This document shows, one piece after another, positions 63,770 to 64,000 of a DNA stretch of 64,000 bases. The DNA is from Squalus acanthias. Lineage: Eukaryota. The stretch lies in NCBI GenBank assembly GCA_030390025.1, contig CM059432.1, forward strand, positions 78,556,001-78,620,000. Reading direction: 5' to 3'. Each line of letters starts with the position of its first letter. Position 1 is the first letter of the stretch. Below the pieces are notes generated by a model. It was not told where the DNA came from. It was given only the letters and a program-made list of their open reading frames with translations, and did not search any database. Position numbers and translations under genes: made by a program.

Positions 63770-64000
63770 AATCAAAATACTGCGGATGCTGGAAATCTGA
63801 AATAAAAACAGAAAATGTTGGAAATACTCAGCAGATCAGGCAGCATCTGTGGAGAGAGAAACAGAGTTAATGTTTCAGGTTGATGACCTTTCATCAGAAC
63901 TGGAAAAAGTTAGAGATGTAACAGATTTTAAGCAAGTGCAGGGGCAGGGGTGGAAAGAACAAAAGGGAAGGTCTGTGATAGGGTGGAAGGCAGGAGTGAT
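63770..64000 (-). mobile_element. Penelope pLTR with mutated hammerhead motif (63865-63901), cut by window edge
   Basis: Homologous to 39513-39750; minus strand AGTT-CTGATGA..GAAA-CATT-AACT. Confidence 0.8.

Overview
Eukaryotic, almost entirely transposon-derived 64 kb with no host exon I can support. The repeat set (Deu-domain SacSINE1/AmnSINE1-like SINEs, several CR1 families, Penelope elements with hammerhead motifs, many PIF/Harbinger elements) points to a cartilaginous fish (shark) intron or intergenic region; this assignment is an inference. Main items: (1) An apparently intact 4450-bp autonomous Harbinger (43947-48396) with TIRs, a TAT target duplication, an uninterrupted 386-aa DDE transposase and a convergent three-exon Myb/SANT-like gene (488 aa when spliced), plus its own MITE derivatives nearby. 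(2) A decayed Gypsy element (1379-7718) whose pol is split by a 1409-bp TG..CA solo LTR with a TCAT duplication and a foamy-virus-like signal layout; both Gypsy LTRs were hit by Harbinger ends. (3) Four minimal hammerhead ribozyme motifs in Penelope-type termini, one in a 136-bp stand-alone insert. (4) Multi-layer nested insertions with readable target-site duplications (TSDs). Family names come from motif recognition, not database searches. Boundaries without a stated TSD are approximate.
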